Source: Candidatus Fermentibacterota bacterium (GTDB taxonomy: Bacteria; Fermentibacterota; Fermentibacteria; Fermentibacterales; JCC-6). From it: a stretch of 64,000 nucleotides of DNA. Of this stretch, positions 1-10,475 are shown piece after piece (position 1 is the first letter of the stretch; each line of letters begins with the position of its first letter). A model generated the notes under the pieces. The model was not told where the DNA came from, did not search any database, and worked only from the letters and a program-made list of their open reading frames with translations. Where the stretch lies: positions 704,001-768,000 of the forward strand of contig CAWJQI010000004.1 in NCBI GenBank assembly GCA_963845085.1, given 5' to 3'. Both the position numbers and the translations under genes were made by a program.

Positions 1-1119
1 GAGAAAACCCTTCTCCACGCAGTAGTCATGAATGACGGTCCCCGGATAGGGCTGCAGAAGCGTGGCAAAACAGAAGGAGGGGCGGATCCGTCTGTTGAGG
101 TCGAGCGTATCGATATCGTTGGCCATGTTCGAGCCCGGTATTCCCAGGATGTTCTGGGTCACAAGAACGATTCCCGCATCCTTCACCGCCCTGCAGGCGT
201 CGGTCATGGTCTCGACCGACATGCTCCTCCGCAGAACATCGTTACGAAGGTGGTCGTCACGCGTCTCGATAGCCATTTTCACGCTGATGCACCCTGCGTC
301 CGCGAGTGCCCTGGTGATCGCGGGGGTGACCAGGTTCGCCCTGAGATGACAATGGAAGGGCAGCCCGATCTCCCCGGGGTACCGTTCGCAGAACTCGCTG
401 ACCCATTCCGGTTCCATGATGAAGATGTCGTCCTGGAAGACGATCATCTGCAGTCTGTCCATGGACGCCCTGAGTTCGGCCAGCTCGCCCAGAACGTTGC
501 CCACGGAACGCCTGCGCCTCATTTTCCCGAGATTCCTGTAGAGACCCCTGTAGCTTTCGTTGAAGCAGTATGAGCACCCGTACGGGCATCCCCTCCCTGT
601 TATCACGAAAACGGCATTTCTGTTGGCGCCGGGCAGAAGAAAACGGTCCGGAAAGGGAATTGAGTCAAGTTCCGCAACGAGCGGGAGCATGGGGGTCTCA
701 CGGCATGTTCCGTTGTCCCGGTACATGAGGTTGCCGACCTCATGAAAACCTCTGCGCCCTTCAAGTGCATCAAGGAACTGGAGAAGCGACTCCTCGGCCT
801 CACCCCTCATGGCGAAATCGAGTTCCGGGTGCTCCTGCATGACACCGGGGAAGAAGGTGGGATGCGATCCCCCCATGATGGTGGGAGCGTCCACCGACTC
901 CCTGAGCCGGGCCGCAGCCTTCATGTACATTCCGTGGAAACCGGTCGTGCATCCGAACGCGATCAGGTCGGGCGACGCCGCACAGGCTTTCTCAACAAGC
1001 TCCCCGTCGCCTGTCACGAGGGCGGTGACCTCATGACCGTGCGCCTTGAGAATGGATGACAGGTAGCTTATTCCCAGGGGGAGCGTAATGTTGTCGTGGA
1101 CAAGAAACAGCACACGCAT
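1..1119 (-). CDS. B12-binding-domain radical SAM protein (class B/BchE-like), runs off window edge
   Basis: Manual translation from ATG 1119 (RBS AGGGAGG): MRVLFLVHDNITLPLGISYLSS...GGSHPTFFP...DFAMRGEAE (cobalamin-binding domain) and GRGCPYGCSYC (CxxxCxxC). Absent from the ORF track because it has no stop in the window. Confidence 0.9.
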   Translation of the reverse strand, partial: MRVLFLVHDNITLPLGISYLSSILKAHGHEVTALVTGDGELVEKACAASPDLIAFGCTTGFHGMYMKAAARLRESVDAPTIMGGSHPTFFPGVMQEHPELDFAMRGEAEESLLQFLDALEGRRGFHEVGNLMYRDNGTCRETPMLPLVAELDSIPFPDRFLLPGANRNAVFVITGRGCPYGCSYCFNESYRGLYRNLGKMRRRRSVGNVLGELAELRASMDRLQMIVFQDDIFIMEPEWVSEFCERYPGEIGLPFHCHLRANLVTPAITRALADAGCISVKMAIETRDDHLRNDVLRRSMSVETMTDACRAVKDAGIVLVTQNILGIPGSNMANDIDTLDLNRRIRPSFCFATLLQPYPGTVIHDYCVEKGFL

Positions 1120-1224
1120 TCTTCCTCCCTCGCCTTGCACTTCGGCGTACAATAATCGCCGGGCGTGACGATGGCTATCGTTCTTCGGGAGGATGTGAAA
1201 ACGGGAATAATGCCTTCCGCGCTG

Positions 1225-2979
1225 TCAGCGTGGAGGTTTCGGAACCCTGGGTTCCGATGTGCCTTCCGGGGGAGTGTCTCCGCCTGCCTGCTCGATGGCG
1301 ATCATCCCGAGAAGCCTGCCCGGCGCATCGCGCAGGGGCTGGGCGCTCACGGTGCACGTGCCTGCGAGGATCCGGAGAAGGACAGCCCGTGCTCCGCCCC
1401 GCTTCCAGCTTTCAACCGCTTCCGCGAGGGGAATGTGGTCTTCCGGATGGAGTATCACCGAGAGCTCCCTTCCCCTGACATCCTCGGGGGGGATCTCCAT
1501 CTCCCTTGAAAGCACAGGGTTGATGTAGACGACCGTTCCGTCGGAGTCAGTCACGATGATCCCGCGGTTCTCGGCTTCAAGCACAGCCCTGAAGAGGGCG
1601 CCGTTCCGCCTCAGTTCCTGCTCGGTCCTGTGTCTGCTGATCGCCAGGGCTACGTGTTCGGCGATCCGTGCGAACAGGTTGAGGTCGCCCGGAGTGTAGG
1701 CGTTAATGATGTCGTAGCTCTGCGTGGCGAGCACTCCCCACACCCCGGAGGAGTCCCTCAGCGGAACGCCCATCCACTGCTCGGAGGGGGAACCGACATC
1801 CCGCACCTGACCCTTGGAGATCATTTCCCTGTGAGCATTCTGATCCACAAGCCTTGGCTCGCCGCCGGTCCGGATCAGGTCGGTGAGGGTTCCGTCCATG
1901 TAGCCCGGAATCGTGAAGCCGACTGCTCCGTCATGCTGGTCGACAGCATACGGGAAGGAATAGGAGTTGTCCGCAGGATCGTAGAAGGCGAAATACAGGT
2001 TCGGCGTGTAGAAAAGCCGTGACAGCTGGGCGTGAATCTCCTCGAGAAGCCCGAACAGCGACTGGGCTGTGACTGCGGCATCGGTGATGGCGTGAAGAAC
2101 GGCCTGGATGGTCTCCGCCTTCTGTCTCTCCGCCACCTCCATGAGAAGCAGGTCATTGGCACGGGTGAGTTCCACGGTCTTCTCTTCCACCATCTCCTGA
2201 AGACGGTTCCGGTAGCGTCTGAGTTCCTCCTCGGCTTCCCTGCGCTGCGTGATGTTCAGCACCACGGCGTCGAACAGAATGGTTTCACCCGAGTCGCCCG
2301 ACACGCCGTAGGCGCTGATCGACACCCAGATCCTGCTCTTGTCACGACGCATCCAGCATGCCTCCATGCCCGAAACCGTGTCGTTGTCCATCAGGGCCTG
2401 GAGCATGCGCTCCCGGTCCGACGGATCGACCCATGTATCGGGAATGGATGCGTTGAAAAGCTCGTACTCGTTCTCGTATCCGAGCATGTCGACGAGAGGT
2501 CTGTTCACCGAGATGATGTTGCCGGAACGGGCGGCCCTGAAAAAACCCACCGGGATGCCTGGCGAAATGGTCACAAGGGACAGGTTCCTGTCGCGCAGGG
2601 TCTGCTCCATGAAACCCTTTTCGGTTTCATCCCTGAAGCTTGCGAGAACCATGCTTTCGCCCGCTTCATCAACCCTGAACAGCGACACCCTGTAGAGAAA
2701 GCGGAACTTGTCGGTATTGAGGGCAAGGCTGACCGGGGAGGTCCGGCCCTGAAGCTCAAGTTCGTAGAGCAGAGAGGGCAGAACCCCCTCGGACTGCTCC
2801 ATGACGGCGAGAACCCTGTCGAGGGACAGGTCGGGCTCCCTGCCGAAGGCGGCTGCGAATGCCTGGTTTGAATCAACGAGCTTCAGACGCCGGTCGAACA
2901 CCGCCAGGGCGGTGTCGTCCATGGTTCTGGCGTAGTGTTCGAGCGGATTCACCCCGGTCCCCCTTAAGCTCGAATCCAA
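1225..2979 (-). CDS. PAS-PAS-coiled coil-GAF-PAS sensor protein without output domain
   Basis: PAS motifs (VNRPLVDMLGY, GIIVTDSDGTVVYINP), LQEMVEEKTVELTRAN helix, GAF (WMGVPL...GVLATQSY...YTPGDL). Start codon uncertain. Confidence 0.8.
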   Translation of the reverse strand: MDSSLRGTGVNPLEHYARTMDDTALAVFDRRLKLVDSNQAFAAAFGREPDLSLDRVLAVMEQSEGVLPSLLYELELQGRTSPVSLALNTDKFRFLYRVSLFRVDEAGESMVLASFRDETEKGFMEQTLRDRNLSLVTISPGIPVGFFRAARSGNIISVNRPLVDMLGYENEYELFNASIPDTWVDPSDRERMLQALMDNDTVSGMEACWMRRDKSRIWVSISAYGVSGDSGETILFDAVVLNITQRREAEEELRRYRNRLQEMVEEKTVELTRANDLLLMEVAERQKAETIQAVLHAITDAAVTAQSLFGLLEEIHAQLSRLFYTPNLYFAFYDPADNSYSFPYAVDQHDGAVGFTIPGYMDGTLTDLIRTGGEPRLVDQNAHREMISKGQVRDVGSPSEQWMGVPLRDSSGVWGVLATQSYDIINAYTPGDLNLFARIAEHVALAISRHRTEQELRRNGALFRAVLEAENRGIIVTDSDGTVVYINPVLSREMEIPPEDVRGRELSVILHPEDHIPLAEAVESWKRGGARAVLLRILAGTCTVSAQPLRDAPGRLLGMIAIEQAGGDTPPEGTSEPRVPKPPR

Positions 2980-3003
2980 GTTCGGCGGGTCAAGGAGTCA
3001 CAC

Positions 3004-4269
3004 CTAGATATAGCCAAGATCCTGAAGGATCTCATCCACCCTTGCCCTGTCGACGGGCAACGGGTCGTAGAGCGCAGGCGCAGACCAGTAGAGAAGTGCG
3101 GTATTGATCGCAGTCGAATCCGGCTGGACCGGATAAAACCCCTCTGGGCCGGCATCGAGGTCACAGGCCTCCCAGGTGTCGGTTACGGTTTCCCAGACTG
3201 TTTTCCTGCCGTCGTACAGAACCGCCACCGGCCAGAACGGACCTGAGTTGAGGTTGGATGCGATTACCGGCACGGGCGGGTTGCCCGCAAGAAGATCGAC
3301 CCCTTCGACGGGACCGGGCCAGGAAAGCCCGACAAGCGCGGCGAGGGTCGGAACGATGTCCACCTGGCTGACCGGATCGGAATGACGGCCCGGCGCGACC
3401 CCGGGACCGGAGATGACAAGGGGGACCCTGAGCACGGTCTGGTTCAGTGATTTGCCGTGCCAGATGCAGCCTCTCTCCAAGAATTCCTCGCCGTGATCAG
3501 CAACAACAATCACGATGGTGCCTTCCGCAAGACCGATCTCCCTCAGACCCGACAGGAGGCGCCCGAGCTGGTGGTCGACGTTCGCTATATCGCCGTCATA
3601 CAGGTCGATCAAATGGGACCTGAGATCGGGATCAGGCGCTTCCCCGCCTTCTCGGGTGTTCCAGTTGAAGGGAGGCCCCCCGGAACCGAACAGCGTGTCG
3701 AACGGCGCGGGCGGGTCGTAAGGGTCGTGGGCGTCGAAGAGGTGGACCATGACGAAGAACTCTTCGCCCTCCCCGAGTCCCGAAAGCCACGAAAGGCACG
3801 AATCTACCGTGGGGCCGGCATTGCTGAGCCCCAGGTGAGTGCTCTCGAAGCTTTCGTAACCCACATGCCAGCCGAACTCCTCTCCCAGCAGATAGTTGTT
3901 CACGAAGCCCGCCGTCCTGTAACCGGCGCTTTTCAGAACGACAGGAATGGTGGGCATGAGGGGATCAGCCCCCATTACCCTGCCGTCGGAGTAACGTCTT
4001 GCCCCGTGGCTCCTGGGGAGAAGGCCGGTCAGCACGCTTGCGCCTGCCGGGAGGGTCCAGGGAGCCGCAGCCTGGCACGCCGTAAAAGCGGCGCCCGTTC
4101 CCGCAAGACTGTCGAGGAACGGGGTGGTGTTCCTCTCGTACCCGCAGTATCCCACGTGGTCCGCTGCCACCGTATCAAGGATGACGAGGAGCACCGAAGG
4201 CCTGTCCCCGCCGGCGCAGGAAGCCAGCGCCGCCAGAAGAAGCAGGGCGAACGGACTACTCCTGTGCAT
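3004..4269 (-). CDS. Sulfatase-family lipoprotein
   Basis: Lipobox LASC; motifs VILDT, PWTLPAGAS, HLFDAHDPY, YDGDIANVD, ADHGEEF; C-terminal LQDLGYI. Confidence 0.85.
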   Translation of the reverse strand: MHRSSPFALLLLAALASCAGGDRPSVLLVILDTVAADHVGYCGYERNTTPFLDSLAGTGAAFTACQAAAPWTLPAGASVLTGLLPRSHGARRYSDGRVMGADPLMPTIPVVLKSAGYRTAGFVNNYLLGEEFGWHVGYESFESTHLGLSNAGPTVDSCLSWLSGLGEGEEFFVMVHLFDAHDPYDPPAPFDTLFGSGGPPFNWNTREGGEAPDPDLRSHLIDLYDGDIANVDHQLGRLLSGLREIGLAEGTIVIVVADHGEEFLERGCIWHGKSLNQTVLRVPLVISGPGVAPGRHSDPVSQVDIVPTLAALVGLSWPGPVEGVDLLAGNPPVPVIASNLNSGPFWPVAVLYDGRKTVWETVTDTWEACDLDAGPEGFYPVQPDSTAINTALLYWSAPALYDPLPVDRARVDEILQDLGYI

Positions 4270-7200
4270 CACACTCCAGCTTCGCCTTCTTCGCAAGCTT
4301 CGTGCCGAACACCACGTAAATGCAGGGTTCCACGAGCAGAGTGAGGACGGTTGCTGCGACCATGCCGAAGATCACGGTGACGGCCATGGGTGCCCAAGAC
4401 TCGGCGCCCTCGCCAATCCCCAGCGCAAGGGGCACCATGGCGAGGATCGTGGTGAGTGCCGTCATGAGTATGGGGCGCATCCTTATGCGGGCGGCGTCGG
4501 TCACGGCTTCCTCAATGCTGCGCGCCCCCTTTCGGAGGAGCTGGTTTGCGTAGTCAACGAGAACAATGCCGTTGTTCACAACGATGCCGGCCAGCATGAG
4601 CACTCCGATCAGCGACATGACCGACAGCGGGGTTCCCGTGATAAGCAGACCGAGGACGACGCCGATGATCGACATGGGAACCGTGAAGATGATGATGAAC
4701 GGCTCCAGAAGAGACTCGAACTGGCTCGCCATGACCATGTAGACAAGAAGGGCCGCAACCACGATCGCGATGCCCAGGTAGAGGAAGGTTTCCTGCTGGT
4801 CCTTCATGTCGCCGCCGAACTCAACTCTGAGGTTGTTTACGTTGGCCTCTTCAACAACGCTCCGCACATCGGCGGCCACCTGTCCAAGGCTCCGCCCCGC
4901 AACGTCGCAGTTGATGGTGATCGAGCGCTGCTGGTTGGTGCGCTGGATGCTGGTCGACACCATCCTCTCCATGAAGTTTCCCAGGTTTGAGGCGGGCACT
5001 CCTGCGACCGACAGGTATTCGAGGTCTTCCCGTGAATCCCTGAGGTACTCGGGGTAGTTGACGAGAATGTTGTACTCGTCGCCCTCCTCCCTCAGAACCC
5101 CGGCATTGCTTCCGCGCAGGGCCGTGCTCATCTCGGAGGCAACGAACGACGGGCTGAGCCCGTAAAGGGCAAGGGAGTTCACGTCCGGCCTGAAGGAGAG
5201 TTCGGGCATCATGTCCTCCATTGAGGTACTCACGTCCCTGACACCATCTATCTCGGCGATGGCGTCACGGATCCGTTCCCCTTCCGCGGCGAGCTGATCC
5301 AGATCATCGGAGAACACCTTCACCTCGATCGGGCTGCCGCCCATGAAGTTGCCTCCCGAAATATCGTATGTGAGCCCCGGAACCTCGTCGAGGACGGCCC
5401 TGATCCTCTCCTCGTATTCCTCCTGGGTGAGGCTTCTCTCGTTCACGGGGATCATCCGGAACATCATTTCGCCGGACCAGCTTCCCGATGAACCCCCGAA
5501 GACAGCCCCGATCCCATCCTCCTGGCCCACCTGCGCGTACCAGGTGATGAGGTCGCCCTCCGCGAACAGTTTTGGAAGGGTGTCTTCAAGCGCCCTTATC
5601 ATCGCATCGGTTTCATCGAGGCCCGTTCCGATGGGAGCAGTGAGGTCGATGCTGATGAATCCGTTGTCGTTCTCGGGGATGAACTCGGTCTTGAGCAGGG
5701 GGGACAGGGCAAGGCATACCACAAGCAGCCCCAGTGTCGAAAGGATGACGACCTTCCTCTTCTGGACCATCTTTACAGCCAGCCTGTGGTAGGCTTCCTC
5801 GCGGTCGTTGTACCACTTTTCAACACGCTCCCCGAGGCTGCCCTCCTTGTGCTTGGGCACAAGCCGGGCGGCAAAGGAGCTGAGCAGGGGGACCAGACTG
5901 AGGGCGACGAAGAGGGAAACGATCAGGCTGAAGACGATGGTGAGCACCATCTCCTTGAACATCTGGCCGGCGAGCCCCGGAACGAAAAGAATGGGCACGA
6001 AAACGGCCAGGGTGGTCAGGGTAGATGCCGTGATGGCCATCCCGACCTCCTGGGAACCGAGCACCGAGGCCGCACATGCGCTCTCCCCGAAGGTCCTGTG
6101 ACGGTAGATGCTCTCGAACACGACGATCGAGTTGTCGACCAGCATCCCCACCGCCAGTGCGAGCCCCGCGAGGGAGATCATGTTCAGGTCGACGTTGGAA
6201 AAATGCATGACCGCGAAGGTTGCAATTATTGACACGGGGATGGCCGCCCCGGTGATCAGCGAACCCCTGGCCGACCGAAGAAAGAACAGGAGCACAAGAA
6301 AGGTCAGGATGGACGCCTGAACCGCCGTGTTGGCGAGGTTCGAGATGGACTGCTGTATGAAGTCGGACTGGTCCCACATTATGTAGGGAACCACCTGCCC
6401 CGCATACTCGGCTTCGATCAGTTCGAGTTCCGCCCGTATCCCGTTGCAGACGTTTACCGTGTTGGCGTCGCTTCTTCTCTGAACGATTCCGAAAAGGGAC
6501 GGCTGGCCGTCCATTCTGATGTGCTGGGAAATCTCGGCCTCACCATCGATGATGTCCGCCACGTCGCGGAGGAGCACCGGCCCGTGCATGCCTCCACCGA
6601 CAACGAGCTGTTCGAGTTCCGGGACCCCGGAAATACTTGACTCAACGCGGATGCTCATGCTGAGCCCGCCCGTTTCAAGATCCCCGGCCGGCATGTCGTT
6701 CCTGACCTGGGCAATTGCGCCGGTCACCTGTGCAAGGGTGACTCCCGCGGCTGCAAGCCGTGCGGGATCGACTTCGACCTTGATCTCCCTGACCAGTCCG
6801 CCAAGCGTGCTCACCGAACCAACCCCGGGCTGCCTTGTCAGCCTGGGCTCGACCTCGTTCTCCAAAAGCTGCCTGAGGGCGAAATCATCGAGCAGGGGGC
6901 TGGAAAAACCAATGAACATGATGGGCTGAAGGCTGGGATCGAGGGCCAGCACAAGCGGATCGGAAGCATCCTCGGGAAGAAGGTCCTCGTACATGTCGAG
7001 CTGCCTTCGGATGTCGGTTTCCGCCTGGTCGAGGTCGTGCCCCCACTCGAATTCAGCCATGACCACGCTGATGCCGTTCGATGACGAGGATGTGATCTTT
7101 TTTACGCTCGCCACCCTGGATGCCGCTTCCTCGAGGGTGCTCGTAACCAGGTTCTCCATTTCCTCGGGGCCTGCCCCGGTCATGGAGCTCATTATGACGA

Positions 7201-7333
7201 TCATCGGGAACTGGACCTTCGGGTAAAGGTCGATGCCAAGCTGCGTCAGCCCGAAAAATCCGATTCCGAGCACGAAGATGAACACCATCAGAAAGGTTAT
7301 GCGCCGGCGGACCGATACACCTGAAAGGCTCAT
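4256..7333 (-). CDS. RND efflux permease (AcrB/AcrD/AcrF family)
   Basis: 1025 aa; GMLVDNSIVV, GIVVNNGIVLVD, RMRPILMTALTT motifs. Confidence 0.95.
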   Translation of the reverse strand: MSLSGVSVRRRITFLMVFIFVLGIGFFGLTQLGIDLYPKVQFPMIVIMSSMTGAGPEEMENLVTSTLEEAASRVASVKKITSSSSNGISVVMAEFEWGHDLDQAETDIRRQLDMYEDLLPEDASDPLVLALDPSLQPIMFIGFSSPLLDDFALRQLLENEVEPRLTRQPGVGSVSTLGGLVREIKVEVDPARLAAAGVTLAQVTGAIAQVRNDMPAGDLETGGLSMSIRVESSISGVPELEQLVVGGGMHGPVLLRDVADIIDGEAEISQHIRMDGQPSLFGIVQRRSDANTVNVCNGIRAELELIEAEYAGQVVPYIMWDQSDFIQQSISNLANTAVQASILTFLVLLFFLRSARGSLITGAAIPVSIIATFAVMHFSNVDLNMISLAGLALAVGMLVDNSIVVFESIYRHRTFGESACAASVLGSQEVGMAITASTLTTLAVFVPILFVPGLAGQMFKEMVLTIVFSLIVSLFVALSLVPLLSSFAARLVPKHKEGSLGERVEKWYNDREEAYHRLAVKMVQKRKVVILSTLGLLVVCLALSPLLKTEFIPENDNGFISIDLTAPIGTGLDETDAMIRALEDTLPKLFAEGDLITWYAQVGQEDGIGAVFGGSSGSWSGEMMFRMIPVNERSLTQEEYEERIRAVLDEVPGLTYDISGGNFMGGSPIEVKVFSDDLDQLAAEGERIRDAIAEIDGVRDVSTSMEDMMPELSFRPDVNSLALYGLSPSFVASEMSTALRGSNAGVLREEGDEYNILVNYPEYLRDSREDLEYLSVAGVPASNLGNFMERMVSTSIQRTNQQRSITINCDVAGRSLGQVAADVRSVVEEANVNNLRVEFGGDMKDQQETFLYLGIAIVVAALLVYMVMASQFESLLEPFIIIFTVPMSIIGVVLGLLITGTPLSVMSLIGVLMLAGIVVNNGIVLVDYANQLLRKGARSIEEAVTDAARIRMRPILMTALTTILAMVPLALGIGEGAESWAPMAVTVIFGMVAATVLTLLVEPCIYVVFGTKLAKKAKLECDAQE

Positions 7334-8400
7334 TATTCCACCACTTCCACGGGGCTTCCGTCAATGATGCTGTTCTGGCCCATCACGATGACGCTGTCGC
7401 CCGCGGCGATCCCCGACACTATTTCAACCATCCCGTGGCTTCTGATCCCGAGTGTCACTTCCCTGAGTTCCGCCCTTCCATCCTTCACCACGGCGAGTTG
7501 AAACCCCGTCCGGGTGCGGCGGAGCACGTTTTCAGAGTAGATGATGGCGTTCTCGGAAGTGCGCGTGACGATCGCCACCCTGCCGCTGAGCCCCGGTCTG
7601 AGCACACCCTCGGCGTCGTCGAACCTCACTTCGACAGATACAAGGCCGCTGAGCGGGTCCACGGAGGATGACACGGCGGTGACCACGCCCGGTACGGACA
7701 TGTTGTCGAGCGCACCGACCGTCACATATGCGGGTTGACCCTCGGCAAGGTTGAAGATGTCACGCTCCGGAAGGAGAACCCTCGCGAGAACGCCTCCGTT
7801 CCCCGTGATGGAAAGAAGCGGAGTGGCTCCTGTGGCACTGTTTCCGGCCCTGGCCCAGACCCTTCCGATCCTGCCGGAAAAAGGTGCGGCTATCCAGGCG
7901 TTGTCCCTGGCACTCCTGGCCTGCGTGTAGCCGGCCTGCGCCTGGGTCATCTGGGCTCTTGCCGCCTCGAGCCCTGTCCTTGCTGCGTCGATGTCCTGCG
8001 CACTCACCGCTCCGGCGTCGTACAGCGCCTCCAGCCTCTCGAAATTGGACTGGGCGTTTTCGTGGTTCGCCCTGGCGGCGCTGAGGGCCGCAAGTGCTGC
8101 GGAAGAGCCGGCTCCCGCCTGCTGGTCGGTGTCCATCTTCACAAGCCGCTGGCCGGCCTCGACATAGTCGCCTTCGGAGATTAAAAGCTCTTCCACACGC
8201 CCCGGCATGGAGGGGTAGATCAACGCCTCCTCGGCTCCTTCGAGCCTCGCACTTGCATACGATTCGGTGGAAATGCTTCCGGCCGTTGCGGTCTCGACCC
8301 TGATCCTCACAACCCGTTCAGCCGTCTCGTCGCCCTGGGGACCGCAGGCGGCCAGAAGCGTCAACATGGAGATGCAGCCCAAAGCAAGTGTCTTTTTCAT
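7333..8400 (-). CDS. RND periplasmic adaptor (membrane fusion) lipoprotein
   Basis: Lipobox LAAC, lipoyl halves, alpha-hairpin, IAAPFSGRI; adjacent to the RND permease. Confidence 0.92.
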   Translation of the reverse strand: MKKTLALGCISMLTLLAACGPQGDETAERVVRIRVETATAGSISTESYASARLEGAEEALIYPSMPGRVEELLISEGDYVEAGQRLVKMDTDQQAGAGSSAALAALSAARANHENAQSNFERLEALYDAGAVSAQDIDAARTGLEAARAQMTQAQAGYTQARSARDNAWIAAPFSGRIGRVWARAGNSATGATPLLSITGNGGVLARVLLPERDIFNLAEGQPAYVTVGALDNMSVPGVVTAVSSSVDPLSGLVSVEVRFDDAEGVLRPGLSGRVAIVTRTSENAIIYSENVLRRTRTGFQLAVVKDGRAELREVTLGIRSHGMVEIVSGIAAGDSVIVMGQNSIIDGSPVEVVE

Positions 8401-8402
8401 TC

Positions 8403-9707
8403 CTACTCTTCTCCGCCAATGGCAAGAATGCCCATGGCAGCCGCAAGCCCGGCCTCGGCGGATTTCATTCCGTACAGGGCCGATGCGTAGTTCGTTCTGG
8501 CCTGTGTGTGTGCCAGGAATGCCTGGTCCATTTCCAGCCGGGTAATCAGCCCGGCTTCATATGAGACAACCGCAATATCCAGGGCTTCGCCGGCCAGTTC
8601 CACGGTTGCCGAGGCCGCGCCGACCGTCTCCCTTGCCTCGGCAAGCCCGTTCCAGGCCTGCACCAGCGCCAGCTCGGAGTATCTTTCAAGGTCTGCGGCC
8701 TGTGAATGCATGGCCATGCGATCCGATCTGGCTCCCCTGTAGCTCGCGTAGTCGGATATCCCCCGCACCACGGGGATCGAAACAGAGATGGAATGGGTGA
8801 GGTTTCTGCTGTAGATGGTGCGGTCGATGTCTTCGATCTCGTCAGCGCCGCCCTGGTACATCAGGGAAGTCTGGAAGGCGACCGTCGGACCGAACGCCGC
8901 AGTCGCATGCCTGACTCCCGCGTCACCGAGTTCGCGCAGGGTGCCGGCGGTTGCCAGCTCGGGGCTGTTCGCAAGCATGACGGTCCGTGCCTCTTCAAGG
9001 GAAGCGGGGAGGGTGACCGGAAACGGGTCGGTCAGCTCGCCCTCAACAACGATCGCTGCATCACAGCCGGTTCCGATGGATGCGGAAAGGTATGCACAGG
9101 CGTTCTCCAGACCGGAGGCCGCAGCTATCGAGTCGGGCTTCCTGTTTTCGTAGGCCACCTGGTTCTGGAGCAGCTCGAACCTGCTTATCGTGCCGGCGTT
9201 ATACCTTTCCTCGGCAAGCCTGTAGCCTTCCCTGGCGACTTCAAGGGCTTCGGTGGAAACGTCCAGCAGCATCTCGGAGAGAAGGACCCCGTAAAAGGCC
9301 GAAACAACCTGCCGGACCGCCCCGATTTCCGTCGAGGCAAGCGTGCTCTCCGACAGGTCCCGGTTGATGCCCGAAAGCGATGATCCCGAGATGGCCTGCG
9401 GTACGAACAGCGGCACGGAAGCGGTGATCCCGTACTGGCTCTGGTATGTAGTGCCGGTGCTGATCTCGCCGACTCCGGGGATGGTGATTCCGGCAACATC
9501 CTCATTCTTCTGGTACACGAGCATCGCGCTCACCTGGGGAAGGAACCACGTTGAGGCGGCCCTGCTGCTCCATCGTGAGCTTTCCAGGGTTTCCCTGGCG
9601 GCGGAGACGTCTCCACGGTTTGCAAGCGCGATTTCCACCGCTTCGGGCAGTGTGAGGGCCAGGACCGGGCCGGACAGGCCCAGAAGGATCAAGGCTGTTC
9701 TAATCAT
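8403..9707 (-). CDS. TolC-family outer membrane efflux protein
   Basis: Signal peptide, LTLPEAVEIALAN, RYNAGTISRFELL and SYEAGLITRLE repeats; operon context. Confidence 0.9.
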   Translation of the reverse strand: MIRTALILLGLSGPVLALTLPEAVEIALANRGDVSAARETLESSRWSSRAASTWFLPQVSAMLVYQKNEDVAGITIPGVGEISTGTTYQSQYGITASVPLFVPQAISGSSLSGINRDLSESTLASTEIGAVRQVVSAFYGVLLSEMLLDVSTEALEVAREGYRLAEERYNAGTISRFELLQNQVAYENRKPDSIAAASGLENACAYLSASIGTGCDAAIVVEGELTDPFPVTLPASLEEARTVMLANSPELATAGTLRELGDAGVRHATAAFGPTVAFQTSLMYQGGADEIEDIDRTIYSRNLTHSISVSIPVVRGISDYASYRGARSDRMAMHSQAADLERYSELALVQAWNGLAEARETVGAASATVELAGEALDIAVVSYEAGLITRLEMDQAFLAHTQARTNYASALYGMKSAEAGLAAAMGILAIGGEE

Positions 9708-10305
9708 TCTCTCTGTCACCCTTTTCGCATTTTATGCCATTGAAGACCATGTCCGTAACTTCTTCAACAAGCCGTTCCATCAGCCTGTCGTTCGAGGTGT
9801 CGACATGCTGTTTCTCAAGGGCGCCCTCGATCACCGAGGCCAGCACAGCAAGCACCAGGCCGGGCTTGATGTCGGGCCTTATCTCACCCTTTTGCACAGC
9901 CCTGTCGAAAACCGGCTGAAAGACTTCCTGGAAAAACCTCTTGCCCGACACCTCCATGTCCGACAGCCTCCAGCTCTCCTGCAGGAGGTTGTCCCATGCC
10001 TCGGCATACCTTGTGTTCTCGCGCTGGAGCCTCAGGCGGGTCAGCATGAACTTTCTCAGCGCCTCACGAACGGTGATGTCGGGCGGGAACACCCCCCTGA
10101 AGGTTTCCCTTGCGATGTCGAACATGTGGTCAACGAGAGCGGTATAGAACCCGCTCTTGCTGCCGAAGTAATAGTATACCATTGGTTTGGTGACACCGCC
10201 GAGGGCGGCCACCTCTTCCATTTTGATATCGGTGAACCTTTTTCTGGAGAGGAGCTCGACTCCGGAGTCAAGAAGCTTCTCGCGGTTCCCCAATGGATCT
10301 GCCAT
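9700..10305 (-). CDS. TetR/AcrR-family regulator
   Basis: HTH EEVAALGGVTKPMVYYYFGSK; first gene of the efflux operon. Confidence 0.93.
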   Translation of the reverse strand: MADPLGNREKLLDSGVELLSRKRFTDIKMEEVAALGGVTKPMVYYYFGSKSGFYTALVDHMFDIARETFRGVFPPDITVREALRKFMLTRLRLQRENTRYAEAWDNLLQESWRLSDMEVSGKRFFQEVFQPVFDRAVQKGEIRPDIKPGLVLAVLASVIEGALEKQHVDTSNDRLMERLVEEVTDMVFNGIKCEKGDREND

Positions 10306-10322
10306 CGAACCTCCACGCTTTC

Positions 10323-10366
10323 TTACTTACCCGTAAGTAACATACGCCGGGGTTACCGACTGTCAA
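10323..10366 (-). promoter_or_regulatory. Sigma70-like promoter with palindromic TetR operator
   Basis: Minus strand TTGACA (10361-10366), 16 nt, TATGTT (10339-10344). Perfect inverted repeat TTACTTAC-CC-GTAAGTAA at 10323-10340. Confidence 0.7.
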
Positions 10367-10475
10367 GAAAGGGGAACGCTTTTGGCGGGCATGTGCTATA
10401 TTAACAGTTAATGCCTCTTGAACCGTTTCATGAAATGCCCGTGTGACGGGCGCTACCTGATTGGGGACCAAACCG

